The notes below the pieces were generated by a model. It saw only the letters and a program-made list of their open reading frames with translations, had not been told where the DNA came from and made no database searches. DNA of 63,775 bases, filler included, from Lenisia limosa (taxonomy: Eukaryota; Protista; Breviatea), in the NCBI GenBank assembly GCA_001655205.1. It is 10 parts of 10 records of this genome, joined end to end, with 100 filler letters (N's around TTAATTAATTAA, not from the genome) between each part and the next. Parts side by side here need not be neighbours in the genome. Positions count along the whole stretch, not along the records: positions 24,558 to 28,111 come from LPNZ01001644.1; positions 28,212 to 33,596 come from LPNZ01006423.1; positions 33,697 to 40,099 come from LPNZ01004717.1; 7 more parts are not named here. One strand, written 5' to 3'. A program made the position numbers and the translations under genes. Below, piece by piece: positions 24,839 to 38,300 of the stretch (positions are counted from its first letter, which is position 1; each line of letters starts with the position of its first letter).

Positions 24839-27800
24839 CCCCGAGCATTGTCGCGTTCTGCTACGAGATCATCCATCTCCTCCTCTCCACGCCCGCCACC
24901 GCCAAGACCGTTATGGCCTTCCTCAGTCGAAGGGACTCCAACTTCTTCGTCCACCAAGCCTCCCTCTTCCCCATCACTCCTCCCACCACCGTACACCACT
25001 GCAGGATGATCGGTCGGCAGTGCGTTACTAACTGTGATAAGTTGATTATTTGACTCTGAGGAGATTATCTCTGCATTGTGCCAATAGCCCATTTCCGTGT
25101 CCTTTTAATGATTCAGAGTTCCTGCTCCGTTCCATGGCACTGGCCCTGCATGCCGGCAAGTCCGTCGACGTCTCTTTACAGGTTCGGTTATTGTCTACAC
25201 CCATTCGGATTCAAGTGCCTGCTGTTATCTATTGGATCTTTTAGATCTCTTGTTATCTATTTCCTATTATCTCTTTAACTATTGTATCTCTGGTATCTAC
25301 TTTATCGATTGCATTTCTTTGGTATCTACATCTATTGTATGGTGTTCTTAGTTCTGCCCTCACGATACAGCAACACGCAGCCCGACTCTTGAAGACTCTG
25401 TTGGCCTCCCCCCGCCCGGCTGGTAAGACGGCTTTCGCATTATCTTGCTCCCTTCGCTCTATGTCCCTCCTTCTTCCCCTTTCTTTGTCCGTCCTTCTTC
25501 CCCTTGCTCTATGTCCATCCTTGTTCCTCTCGCTCGACTTTGTCCATCCTGTTATGCTGTTCTCACCCTCAGACCCGGCATCCACTCGTGTTGGTGTGGA
25601 CCTCTTCAGAATCAAGGTCCGTCACAACTCTTCTCTTTGTTATGAAATTCAAAATTCAAAACACAATAGTACAAGATTTGATTTCATCTAAAGCTTGTCT
25701 CACTCCTCAGATCGTCGAGATTCTCTCGATTCTGCCGTATACTGCCCAGCAGCCTGCTAATCCGGGGCATTTCGGATCGGTGGGGGAGGGGTGTCTGATA
25801 CTTTGGGCTTTTATTACCTTGACCAGTTCAGCTACTTACTCATTTCTACACATCGACCAAATACAATCATAATAGTCTGGTCCTGCCTTGAACATATTTG
25901 GTACTCTAAGAAGTGGCAGTGTATAAATATGCCTAGTAAATAGGCCCTGTATTAATAATGCCCAGTAATAATAATTCCCAGGTGGCGCTGGGTGAACAAT
26001 ATATATTTTTTATTCCAACCGGGATGATAATCCCTCCTACTCNNNNNNNNNNNNNNNNNNNNNNNNNNNNNNNNNNNNNNNNNNNNNNNNNNNNNNNNNN
26101 NNNNNNNNNNNNNNNNNNNNNNNNNNNNNNNNNNNNNNNNNNNNNNNNNNNNNNNNNNNNNNNNNNNNNNNNNNNNNNNNNNNNNNNNNNNNNNNNNNNN
26201 NNNNNNNGCATATACACACATCTAATATCTCTTCTCAGCGTGTTCGTGTGGCCGGTTTCGGCCAGATACCATTTATATCATATACTAATATGATTCTCGA
26301 GCAAGAGTGGTGCTCTGTCCTTGTGTTGTTTCCAAACCCTCGTGTGCTTCCCGACTGTTTAGCCAGCAGAGTTGATTCTCTTCGTCTTTCATTGCATTCA
26401 GGGCCACCAAAGCATCAAAGACGCTCTGGACAACGCGGTCGCCTTCAACGCTGAAACACTTTCTTACGGTGAGAGGGAGGTAATGCGACAACCCAGCCTT
26501 CTAGGCTGACGTTATTCCCTTGTCCATAGCTAACTGCTGCTTCCTGACTTTGTTCATTTCTAACTCTGAACATCAATCCCTCCATTTCGGCTGTACAAAG
26601 ACCAGTTTGATGGCGACTTTTTACACGGATTCGAGAATTAATTCTTTTATTAGTGAAGGCCTCCCCCTAACTCCCCCCCCCCCCCNNNNNNNNNNNNNNN
26701 NNNNNNNNNNNNNNNNNNNNNNNNNNNNNNNNNNNNNNNNNNNNNNNNNNNNNNNNNNNNNNNNNNNNNNNNNNNNNNNNNNNNNNNNNNNNNNNNNNNN
26801 GCATCGTCGCCATGTCCTCCTCAGCCCTGTCCATGGCCGCCCATATGAATGACCCAAGTCTGGCCGTTCTTGCTTTGGCCCTCGCGGCTGCTGATAGGTG
26901 CGGGGGAGGGGTCCTTTCCTTATAAGGCAAGTATTTATGTTCATACTGACGGGGGGAGGGGGGTACTGACATGCGGATATAGCGGATATGAGAAGTCTGT
27001 GAATAAAGGAATCGAATGGTCGGGGATGGAGATAAAGGATACAGCCATTGAAACACGAGTTAAACTGAATCTGCCATCCTTTGGATGTTTGCGTTTGACA
27101 CATTAGGGCGGCTGCAGGCGGAATCTCGGTGGTTGTGACGCACTCCTTTGCCTCGACCCTCTTGCTTGCCGTCACCAAGGTTCGCCTCTCTTTGCTCGTT
27201 AAATTTTCACCACATTACTTTATCACCCTCCTGTTTGCTCTCTCACCAACAATGTGTTAAACGTTTTGTTTAGTACCACAATGGAGCTCTTTTGTTAAAG
27301 AAGTCCAGATGAGATTCTTACTCCTCCCCCCAGCTCCGAGCATTGCCTTCTTGCCGAGTTGGCCAGTCACAAGTCCTGTCTCTCCTCCAGGTTAGAGGGT
27401 TTTGTCATTGTTGCGCTTTAATATGAACAAACGCAACTCTCAAGAATCGAATAGCCCTGGATGTGTTCCAATGAGCCAGAGAAGTGCAACTTTGTATTAA
27501 ACTCCTCTTCTCCCTCCCTCAACACAATTCAGTCAGCATGCCGTGGCTTGGTGCAGCCGAACCTGGACCGCGCCACAATGGGGCTCCTCATCAGCGCCGC
27601 CATCACATGCGTCCGCTTCCCTCCGGAGTCCATCGTGAGTTGCGGGGAGGGTCTTTTGCTAACTGCAACTCTTGTACATGGGGGATCTTTTGCCCTGTCA
27701 AGCCCTTTCCTTAGATCTGCTTCTCTGACTACGCGTCCCAAATTCCCTACATTTGTGCCTGACACCCCTCACGTGACCTTTTAGGTTCTGCCGGTGTCTT

Positions 27801-28111
27801 CGGGTGTGACACAGGGCGGCAATCAGGCCGCCTCGTTTGAGAAGGGCATTTCAAGGGTCTGCTGCTGTTCTGGTCTCAGAAAGTGGTTAAACAATATACT
27901 TATGAAAGGGTAATTTGTGTAGTATAATTGAAATTTATGACAAGGGAATATTTTCCATATCCGACGCTGTGCGCTTACTTTATTATTTTCCATATCCGAA
28001 GCTGTGTGCTTACTTTATCATTTGTTATCCCCTCAGGTCTTCCATGAGGCCGGTGATGTTCTCCGCTCAGTGGTGTGTCAGTTCAGTTCCAACAACCCCG
28101 GAGTGTACCAC
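24839..28111 (+). CDS. Uncharacterised multi-exon, Leu/Ala-rich helical (HEAT/ARM-like) protein; internal fragment
   Basis: C-rich coding-like exons with GT-AG borders: EFLLRSMALALHAGK, QHAARLLKTLLAS, IVEILSILPY, DPSLAVLALALAAADR, SVVVTHSFASTLLLAVTK, LDRATMGLLISAAITCVRFP. No diagnostic motif recognised. Confidence 0.4.
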
Positions 28112-28211
28112 NNNNNNNNNNNNNNNNNNNNNNNNNNNNNNNNNNNNNNNNNNNNTTAATTAATTAANNNNNNNNNNNNNNNNNNNNNNNNNNNNNNNNN
28201 NNNNNNNNNNN

Positions 28212-31200
28212 CCGGATGACTGTTTACATGTGGTCCAGGGCTCTCTTAAGGCCTTCGAATCTGACCATGTTGGGAGGATTATTTTATTAGATTATTATTA
28301 TACCAAATGATATGATACTATATAGCTATATCATGACATGATATGATACTATATTATTCTATATCATGATATGATATGATAATATATGTAAACCATTGGT
28401 AGGTCTGTTTACTCAATACCGTCTATTTCTCCTCCTATTGTTATTACTCGGAGTTTAACTCCACAGGAGCAAAGACCTTCCATGGTCATAGACAGTCACT
28501 CCCTCACATACGCGCTGATGCCTCATATCAAACCGCTTTTCCTCAAATTGTGCCTGGTCGGAGGGATTAGGTAGTACATCTGTGTACACAGAGTTGTAAG
28601 GCAAATGATTGGCTGAATTAATATTCGATCATATAATCTAATCCAATATCTCTTATAAGCGTGATAGTATATATGTACGGTTTCGGCCTGAGAGAACCTT
28701 GTTTTATTTCATCTCTACATAAAGCTAACCTGTCACAACACGTCATATTACTACAAGACGCTATTATAGTTTGTATTACATATATAATTTGTTGGTTTTT
28801 TTATTTTCAAAAAGTGCAAATAAATATCATATCATGCTATATTTTTGCTCTTGTCCACCTTTAACTCTGCAGCACTCCTCGGCAGTGGTATGCTGTCGGG
28901 TGACACCCCTCCAGAAGGCGCGGATGGTCCGGATGGTTAAGGTGGGAGGAGGGGGGATGGCTTTTCTTGTTATTTGTTATTATTATTATTTGTTTTTTTT
29001 TTGTGTATGTGGAGGGTCAAGGTGCGGGTTTGTTTTTGGCAGGTTTATGAAGATATGTTTGAGGGAATTTACGGGGGAAACCCAAAATGAAGTAAAATGA
29101 GCCGTTTTGAATTTTCTTGCATTCCATTCCTGGATTTCCCATGTTCTTACCATACAATTTTAGGAGGACATGCAAGTCATTTGCCTGGCTATTGGTGATG
29201 GTGCTAATGACGTTTCAATGATCCAAGTGGGGAGGGTATTGTGTGATATCATAGGGCTTAACTTTGGTTCAAAACAAAAGAGACTGAAATTATCGATAAA
29301 TCTTCGATAAATACCGATATTTTATCAGTCTTTTCAAACCGAAATGAAGCCTTAATCTTAGTAGAATCAAGTAACACTTGTATTTCAACTAAAGGAGAGA
29401 AAAAACTGGTTTTATTTCAGATCTATTTATTCTACAAATGCCTAAGTTTTCCAATTTTACATTTGCTCACCCTCCATTATATGATTTAACCCCCACAGGA
29501 GGCTAACGTCGGTGTGGGTATAGTCGGGAAGGAAGGCACTCAGGCGGCCCGAGCCTCCGACTACGCTATCAACCAGGTGGGTCATTTGATTAGGATGGTA
29601 ACTAGGGCTTCCCTTCGGTCCCAAATAAAGACTGAATTTCTCGATAAAGTCGATAAATATCGATATTGTGACGGTCCTTTTCTCAGTGGTACATCATATT
29701 GACCGGAGGGCTCAGACTGCCTTCAATTTTAATTACCCAAACTCACCCTCTCCCAGTTCTCGCATCTGAACCCCCTGATGTCCATCCATGGCCGTTACAG
29801 CTACCTTCGTTTGGCAGGGCTTATACAGTACTCCTTCTACAAAAACTTCGCCTTTATTCTCCCTCAACTCTGGTTTGTTTTTGCGGGATTATGGCGTTTT
29901 TTTTACAACAGAAATAGACACTTCTTAATTCTGGCTATCTCTTCTTTCATCCCCCCCGCTCTCTCTCTCTCTCTCTCTTAACAAGGTACGGCCTGGGATT
30001 TGTNNNNNNNNNNNNNNNNNNNNNNNNNNNNNNNNNNNNNNNNNNNNNNNNNNNNNNNNNNNNNNNNNNNNNNNNNNNNNNNNNNNNNNNNNNNNNNNNN
30101 NNNNNNNNNNNNNNNNNNNNNNNNNNNNNNNNNNNNNNNNNNNNNAATTTTATTTTACTCCCCCCAGGTTTGCCTTCCAAAGCGCGTTTTCAGCTCAAAC
30201 CCTCTACGATTCCTGGCTTCTTACCCTCTTTAATATGGTATGCGTCTTACCTTGATTAAGGGTTACCCTCTGTAATGTGATATTTGGGGGGAGGGGGCAA
30301 CTTGCTACGTTATGTTTCTCCATTTTTGGGTAACAGAGTATTTCTATGTTTATTCACTCCCTCAGGCCCATATTTCATTAGATCTAATTTTGGGCTTTTT
30401 TTTTTGCTTCAAAAAATTCCAATCGTACCCCCTCCTAACCTCTTTTACGATGGGATGAGGTGCTGCAGAAGCGACTAGCCTGGGCTTTTTTTGTTTTGTT
30501 GTTATCAGCCCTCGTGTGTTNNNNNNNNNNNNNNNNNNNNNNNNNNNNNNNNNNNNNNNNNNNNNNNNNNNNNNNNNNNNNNNNNNNNNNNNNNNNNNNN
30601 NNNNNNNNNNNNNNNNNNNNNNNNNNNNNNNNNNNNNNNNNNNNNNNNNNNNNNNNNNNNNNNNNNNNNNNNNNNNNNNNNNNNNNNATGTTCGAGAAAG
30701 ACATCACTGAGAACCACATCAGGAAGTACCCCGAATGTGGGGGGTCAGATGCAGATGATATCCCTCGTGTCCGCAGAATATACATATATCATTTAGCTAA
30801 CCCCCAACCCCGCGTACTCTGGAGTGATGGGATGCGGTGCTGCAGAATCGACTGGGCTGGGCTTTGTTTGTTTTTGTGTTATTACCCTCGTAATGTTGTC
30901 AGCCAATTTTTTTCTTTCATTAATTTTACGATTTCACCCCCCCCCCCCNNNNNNNNNNNNNNNNNNNNNNNNNNNNNNNNNNNNNNNNNNNNNNNNNNNN
31001 NNNNNNNNNNNNNNNNNNNNNNNNNNNNNNNNNNNNGCTTCTTCCAATGGATCATGTCAGGCATCTGGCACAGTCTGGGTATGCTGGGAAGGTGGTGATG
31101 ATGGTGATGCATTCCACTCAGCGAAGCGTCTTGCCCTTTTCCCCCTAACTAACGCCTCAGCGAGCTACGCCGTTTTGGTCATTACTTTCAATGATGGTGA

Positions 31201-32331
31201 TCTCAGTGAAGATGGCAGGGTGGGTGGGCCTATCTATTATTGTGAGAAATACAACACAAACTAGGGATAAAAGGAGCAAATTATGTCATGCAATTTTGCA
31301 CCATTGTTTTTCACATGCCTCTTTTTTTCTTCTGTTTCTCTTTTCTTTTCGCGCTTTGCGTTTCTGGTATATTACTCTCACCATTTTGGGGATATTGTTT
31401 CCATTAAAGACAAGGGTTGTGGTACTAAAGCATCAATAAACACTCGAAGACCTCCTACATCTAACCCCCTCAGATTTTCGGCCTCTCTGGCATGGGTCTG
31501 ATCTTGTACTTCGTCATCATCTTTGTCGTCACCTTCAGAATGGCTTTGGAAACCAGGTGGGCGGCTTGGTTGTCTTATATGGTACATTTTAAAATAGTGT
31601 ATCTTATATAGTACCATAAATAGATCTCGCCAGTACCGTCCCTCCCCCCCCCCCTAGGCCCCAGGTAATCTCACCCCCAGGTACTTTACGTTTTTGGNNN
31701 NNNNNNNNNNNNNNNNNNNNNNNNNNNNNNNNNNNNNNNNNNNNNNNNNNNNNNNNNNNNNNNNNNNNNNNNNNNNNNNNNNNNNNNNNNNNNNNNNNNN
31801 NNNNNNNNNNNNNNNNNNNNNNNNNNNNNNNNNNNNNNNNNNNNNNNNAAAGCTTATTTCTATAATGTTTAGGGCTTCTACGGTCCCAACAATGATTGAA
31901 TCGATCAATCCTCGGGAAATTTCGATATTTAACCGGTCTTTTTGGACCGTAGGGAAGCCCTAATTATGTTTCACCTCGTCGCCTTCCTTTTTACCCGTAC
32001 ATTTAACTCGAAAGAGCCCATAACGTCCCAGTTCACTATCATGCCGTCCTTCTACCACTTAGCCTGGGACCTCAGCCAGAACCCTGCAGCTTACCTAGTG
32101 TTTGCTGTCTGCGTAGTGGCTTGCTTACTCCCCGACTTCACTGCTAAATCGTATGCGGGTTTTTCTGAAAAAGAAATATCATTTTAGCAATTTTAAAAAT
32201 CTTTGGAAATAAATAATACATGGGGAGTCCCCTTACTCTCCAGATGGAGGAGGATCAACAAGCCTCACGACTTCGAAATCATCATCGAGCGCAGCCGGAT
32301 CCATAAACAGACCTGGGATGAGATGCCCTAG
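28212..32331 (+). CDS. P4-type ATPase (phospholipid flippase), C-terminal portion
   Basis: [13 protein letters not shown]; [21 protein letters not shown]; [42 protein letters not shown]; [23 protein letters not shown]; [16 protein letters not shown]; [16 protein letters not shown]; TM exons; stop TAG at 32329-32331. Confidence 0.96.
31872..31960. mobile_element. MITE (family B) with TIRs and TA target-site duplication; cleanest copy
   Basis: TA|GGGCTTCTACGGTCC...GGACCGTAGGGAAGCCC|TA. Related copies at ~140-214, ~24030-24100, 29254-29352, 29605-29682, 39673-39750, 48386-48471, 49092 (solo end), ~59095-59166, ~60951-61000 and 63127-63210. Confidence 0.75.
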
Positions 32332-32427
32332 GCCGTCTTTCTTCTATTCATTGTTCTACTCCTTCTTCTCACGGTTCCATTTTATCCTGTGATTCACATT
32401 AATGTGATGAAAGCATCTTTATTTTAA

Positions 32428-32472
32428 TTAATAATAATAATAAATAATAAATAATAATAATAATAATAATAA
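32428..32472. repeat. (AAT)n microsatellite downstream of the flippase stop
   Basis: Direct reading. Confidence 0.9.
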
Positions 32473-35386
32473 AGACTGTTAATTCCAGAACCGTCGTCGT
32501 TGATGATAATAATCTTCGAGTATTTTATATGCGAATCCGAAGTCTGTTTCACATGACGAATTGCAATTGACTCATGGATCCAAGTTAGCACCATGCAATA
32601 AGGAGAGCTTAAATTTTCTGGATTCGGAATTTTTACGATTTGACCAATATAAGATTATGACTGGGTGACTAAAGCAAATATCCCTCAAGGTACGTAGGCG
32701 GAAGTTGGTACCCCCTCCCTCCAAACGCAAAATAGTGAGGGGATGTGGGGAGACCCTCTTAACAGAGGGCTCTATCCAATTATTTTTTGAAATTGTTTAA
32801 AACTTACAATAAATTGCAATTAATTTGAAAGAGCTCTTAACATAATGATGAGCTTCGGTCCATTATCCATTGCAGCCTTCCACGCCATTCCAAGAAACAT
32901 CATCGTAAATGTACAACTAATAGACCTGACAAGAAACAAACGGATATTATAAATAAAACTACAATTCTGGGGGCTCTAGGCCACTGTCACATCACCTGAA
33001 TAGTTATATTGTGAAGACGACTAAATATCCCGTTTATATCTGTGTAGATGAGAATAAAACAAGGTGGTAAGCCTTCACATTATCATAAGAGATAAAACAA
33101 GACTGAAGCCTTCACATCATAATAAGATTTGCTCTCTGGGTAGTATTAGTGTGTAGTTAACTGGTTAATTACGAGACATTATGGTATAATTGATTCTTAT
33201 GGTCCCTATGTAAATATTTGTCACCCTAGATAAAAATTCATGAAGGAGTATACAATAAAATAGTATTCTTGTACTCAAAAAAGTTTCTCACCCCACCTTC
33301 AGTATTTGGAGCTGAGGGGGAGGATTCATCACTCGGGGGCAGCGGAGCGCTGGTCGGGGAATCTCTGGGGGTGGGGGGGAGTAAACCGAAGGAAATTTCG
33401 ATNNNNNNNNNNNNNNNNNNNNNNNNNNNNNNNNNNNNNNNNNNNNNNNNNNNNGGGAAATTTGTGAAACAAAAAATATATAATGGTTGAATACTTGACA
33501 TACCTGAAAGTGGAAAACAGCAAAACAAACTGTGATGAGTGGAGGTGAAAATAGCATTATGTATAGCAATGAGAAATAAAAAAATTAGGTTGTATCNNNN
33601 NNNNNNNNNNNNNNNNNNNNNNNNNNNNNNNNNNNNNNNNTTAATTAATTAANNNNNNNNNNNNNNNNNNNNNNNNNNNNNNNNNNNNNNNNNNNNAAAA
33701 AAAAAAGTTGGAGTGGTGCTTAATTCAAGAATCAACTATAGTATTTGCAGAAATGTTTCCGATTTTGAGCTCCCAAAGAAGAACAATATGTCAAAATAAA
33801 ATAAAATATAATAAAAACAGATTCCACACTATCACATCATGTTTATTAGAGAGATATTGGAAGATAGTATAACACTAATTCACCCAATCGTGTGCCTTTC
33901 CTTGCCCTGAATCGTACCGAGAGGGAGGTGGGCCACCGCGAGCCGGGGGAGGGGGACCGCCTCTACACAACGTCAACTTTTTAACTCATCAAACAAAGGA
34001 AGGGTAAAACCCAGGGTAAAAATTCATTTCATTTTAATCAGTAGTAAAGCCGGCAATTGTCCCAATATCTCAGTAAATCCTCGATCAACCGCCTAAGAGA
34101 AACCCCAATACCCCCCCCCCCCCNNNNNNNNNNNNNNNNNNNNNNNNNNNNNNNNNNNNNNNNNNNNNNNNNNNNNNNNNNNNNNNNNNNNNNNNNNNNN
34201 NNNNNNNNNNNNNNNNNNNNNNNNNNNNNNNNNNNNNNNNNNNNNNNNNNNNNNNNNNNNNNNNNNNNNNNNNNNNNNNNNNNNGTTAGATTATGTCGAT
34301 CAAAGCCAGGTGGAGATTTAATAGTTCCATGATCAACAAGATAAATGAACGCCGCGAGAGGGAAATAAAAAAAAAATATCAGCACATGCCCTTTTTCTGG
34401 TTCTTATACGGGCTATACAGATATAAACATTTTCGAAGCGGTTCATGTATGATGGACTGGTCGTCCTGTACGTCACTGTTCTTTGTCTCTCGGATCACAA
34501 AACTCAACTGCATTTAGCTGTCCACAATAGTAACCCGTGTAAGCGACCATAATCTCCTCAGACCGAGCGGGAGGAGGTGGTCCGCCTCCTGTGCGTGCTG
34601 TTGGAGTGGGGGGTCCGCCCCTGAATAGTGAGTCCATTGTGAACAGGAAGGGAAAGGCCTACCTTGTGGAAACCTCCTTCAAGATCTTTCCGCTTGTTGT
34701 GTTCCCACTAAAGGTATGAGAATGCGGCTAAGAGAGTCCAACACAAAAGAACATCCTGAGATTCTGCCTCCAGCTTCCCCAACTAAGCATACCTTGGGTA
34801 ATCTGGCTTCTTTTTTGAGAATGAAGGGACCGGGGGAAGATCGGTGGAAAAGGAGAAACGGCCCAAAGACTCAGTTCCTAAAGCATTGGTCCATTGCAAC
34901 AGTTTAAGTCACCAACAAGGCCCAATATCAACCAAAGTGCCCCTCAATCTACCTACCCATGTTGAAAACAAAAACGAGAAGACGCCTTCAAAGGCAAAAG
35001 CTGATTCAAATTCTTAGTTCTACTGCTCTACCTATGTTTGACTTCTTTAAACTCCGTTTTGTTAGAATATATGTTTCACAAAAATACAAAAACTGAAAAT
35101 GGGCAATAGGAAGACGAAGTTGAGTTGGTCTACTGCAATCCTAACGTCTCAAAAGAAGTGAGATTGAAAAAATTGATTTTTTTCAAAATTAGGAGTTTTA
35201 TATTGCCCGGCGCCGGAGATAAGGGTAACCGGCCTCAAATATTATAAATCCTCCAGATCATATGGTATAAAAGCAATCCATTTTCGGTTTTTTTTTTCAA
35301 AAACGAGAATAAAGAGAAGAGAAAAAGAGAGAAGAGACATAGGCAGTAATATCTAGAGTGAAAAATTCTCAACACAGTTCTTCAAG

Positions 35387-38300
35387 ATGAATGTGAGTGT
35401 TTCGAAAGGGGTGCAAGTTTGACCATTCTAGGACGACATGTTTGATGAAATTTCGAATCTGGAAGCCATGCTCAACGATGCGGTTTGTTTCTTGGGGTCC
35501 GAAGGCAGTATATACTATTCTTACTCCATTTTAGACTGATGGCATGGGTTATGAACCAGAATTGAATACGGAAAACATCTTTGGAAATGAAGGAGAGGAG
35601 ATAAACCCTCTCGATGCCTTGATGAGTCAGTTGGAGGCTTCCCCTGTCGCCTACGAAGTCTCTCCAGTAGCTGTTGACTTTGGAGACACTGACGCAAATG
35701 GTAAACACACCTATCACGGGCCTGTTAACGTTTTCTTCAGATATCGAATTTGGTGATCTTGATGGAGCCATGGACGTTGCGAACCTTGCACAGACCCTTG
35801 CTGACACCGGCCAAGTCTGGGGGCTTCTCATGCATCAGAGGGGGAGACAATGCTTAATCCGTTGTGCGAGTTTAACATGGGCTGACTCAATGAAATATCG
35901 CTCTATTACTCCGACTCTGTGTTGTTCTGTGTTCATATTTCAAATGCTGATCGAGGGTTTGGTGTTCTGTGTTCATAATTCAAATGCAGATTGAGGGTTT
36001 GTTGTTCTGTGTTCATAATTCAAATGCATATCGATTTTTTGTTCTGTGTTCATAATTCAAATGCAGATCGAGGGTTTGTTGTTCTGTGTTCATATTCAAA
36101 TGCTGATTGAGGGTTTTTTTTTGTTTGGTAGAAGCGACTGGTATGGGCTTTGTTTGTCAACCCGCGTGTGTTTGGGCTTTTTTGTTGCATAACAATTTCC
36201 ATTCTTACTTCCACGTGTGCTACGTGACAGACCAATGATCACTTATCCTTCCCAATCTACTGTGATTTGTTGTTTTTGTCTTGGTTTATTCCCGTCTTGG
36301 GACAATTATACCCAGTTTTGTTGAGTTCTATCTTTGTCAAATCGGTATCTAGGGGCTATCCTCCCAATATGACATATTTTTTTGGGTTTGTTTGGTAATT
36401 CAAAATACCCCCAACATTATTTGATTCCTGTTTTCCACCTCTCCTGTGTGTAGTGTTAGAGTTTGACGTTTTTGTTGTTGCAAAAGTTTTAGTTTTTCAT
36501 CCCCCAGGTGACGTCACAAGCTATGATCGAGGAGGAGGTTGAGGAGGAAATTGACTACGGCTTCGGTTTGAGTGCCGCGACCGGACCTCCCCGTGACGTC
36601 ATGAAGCCCATCAAAAAAGTGGGGGGGGGGTGGAGAAAGACATTCACATTTTCAAGTTTTTGCCCCAGAAAGAGAATGCTGAAAAGGTTATCACACTTTT
36701 AGGAGGAGAATACTGAGAGGATTATCACACCCGATGCTGAGATCCTTCAAGGTGATGATTCCGAAGTGAGTTGGACACAATCTGGATACGTCCCCTGGTG
36801 GCACCATTGGGGCATATTGATGGCGTCTCTTATGGGTGGTGTGGACGGCTTGGCCAGATACCCTTGATTGTTGTCTCATCTCTATATATTATGCTGGGGA
36901 GCATACAGAAAGGTGTTCATAGAGTTGTAGGGCTAATGATTGACACTATAATACAGCATCGTTCATAAATATGATGATGTGGACGGCTAGGCCGGATATT
37001 CCCTGGTTTTATTTCTCACTTTTACATTGTTCATACATATATTACCACTGATGTTTTGTATTTCTGTTGCGTATACTATTTATAGGCACATTCAGCATGA
37101 TATCATATAATCGATGTTACATTATAAATCTTGGGGAATAAATTACAATGCCTACATATCATATACTATAATATACATGTATATATATGATATAGTATAC
37201 ATATACATGTATATTGGTATGTATGTACTACGAGACCGTTCCACATTACCATACAACCGTGTGACATTCTAGCTTGATGCTTACGTCACGCTTAACCTCA
37301 ATGACTACTGGACCGTCGGTAACAAGAAGAAGAAGAACATGGACAGAAACGTCGTCTTAGGATGGACTAAGTAGGCGGTTCTTCCCCCGAAGCGAGCGAA
37401 TATCCCTATTCTATTCACGATGTTTCATTCACTCCGGTCGATATTTACTTGATCAGAGTGGATTCCAAGATTTCGCCTTTATTATTGGCGCTGGGTGAAT
37501 GTTGGCTTTCAACAGGATCGTCCTCGGATTTCCCTTCACTTTCCGTGGATAGCCTTCACTTTCCAGGGACAAATTGCCCTGCAGTATGCACGTGTTGGCG
37601 GAGAGAGAGTCGGACGTGGGTCTTCAGGCCTTTGTGTGCCTCCAGCAGTACATGGGCGACCGGAAGTGCGACAAAAAACTCAAGGAAACTGTTGAGCTTG
37701 CTGGCCTTGGCGTTATGCAGGTGGGCGTTATGGGTGGATTCTCAGATGGATACGCGTGTTACTTCTGAAGGGCCCGCAAATATGTCCCGCACCCCATTAT
37801 ATCAGAGATCGCCCCCCCCCCTCACTTTACAACACATCATATATTTTTTTCTATGTTTTTCATCCCTCCCCCAGGCCGGGTGCTCTAACGCGGACGTGTG
37901 TGATGAGATCTTCTTCCAAATGATGAAGCAGACCACGCGCCACCCCAACCAGAAGAACCTCATCAAGGGGTAGGACTTGCCTAATATGGACATTAATCTT
38001 GCCTTTTCAATCTTGCCTTTTATGGCATGTCAGCATACCAATCTTGGACTCTATCAATGGGTGAATGAATCTCGGAATAGCGCGAGGGCTGCTTCGGTCA
38101 GATATTCCTTTTTTATTTTCCATTATTGCGGAGGGGAGTAATGTCATGTTTCTCATTTTTCTACATCCACATTATGAATAGCCTGATGACTTAGGCGGAT
38201 TGCATGCTACATGCCTGTGACCCTTTAGATGGGAGCTGATTTCGCTGTGCTGCGGCCTATTTGCCCCCGGCCCGAAGTTTGTGGACCTCTTCCGCCGCTA

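Noticed and set aside
27951-28020. Short local direct duplications (35 bp x2 here; 37-bp period at 23216-23281; 18-bp units at 55978-56024)
   Set aside because: Ordinary slippage repeats in introns or at contig edges, with no evident functional consequence.
28300-28390. (TGATA/TATCA)-type AT-rich runs in many introns (also ~3770, 5110, 13880-14020, 16510, 37150, 62870)
   Set aside because: Simple low-complexity sequence with no defined unit boundaries or positional pattern.
33880-34962. Possible ankyrin-repeat gene on the minus strand (AVDRGFTEI, YLVDHG)
   Set aside because: Alternative frames are equally plausible and splice phases could not be reconciled; some coding exons probably exist but the product is unsupported.
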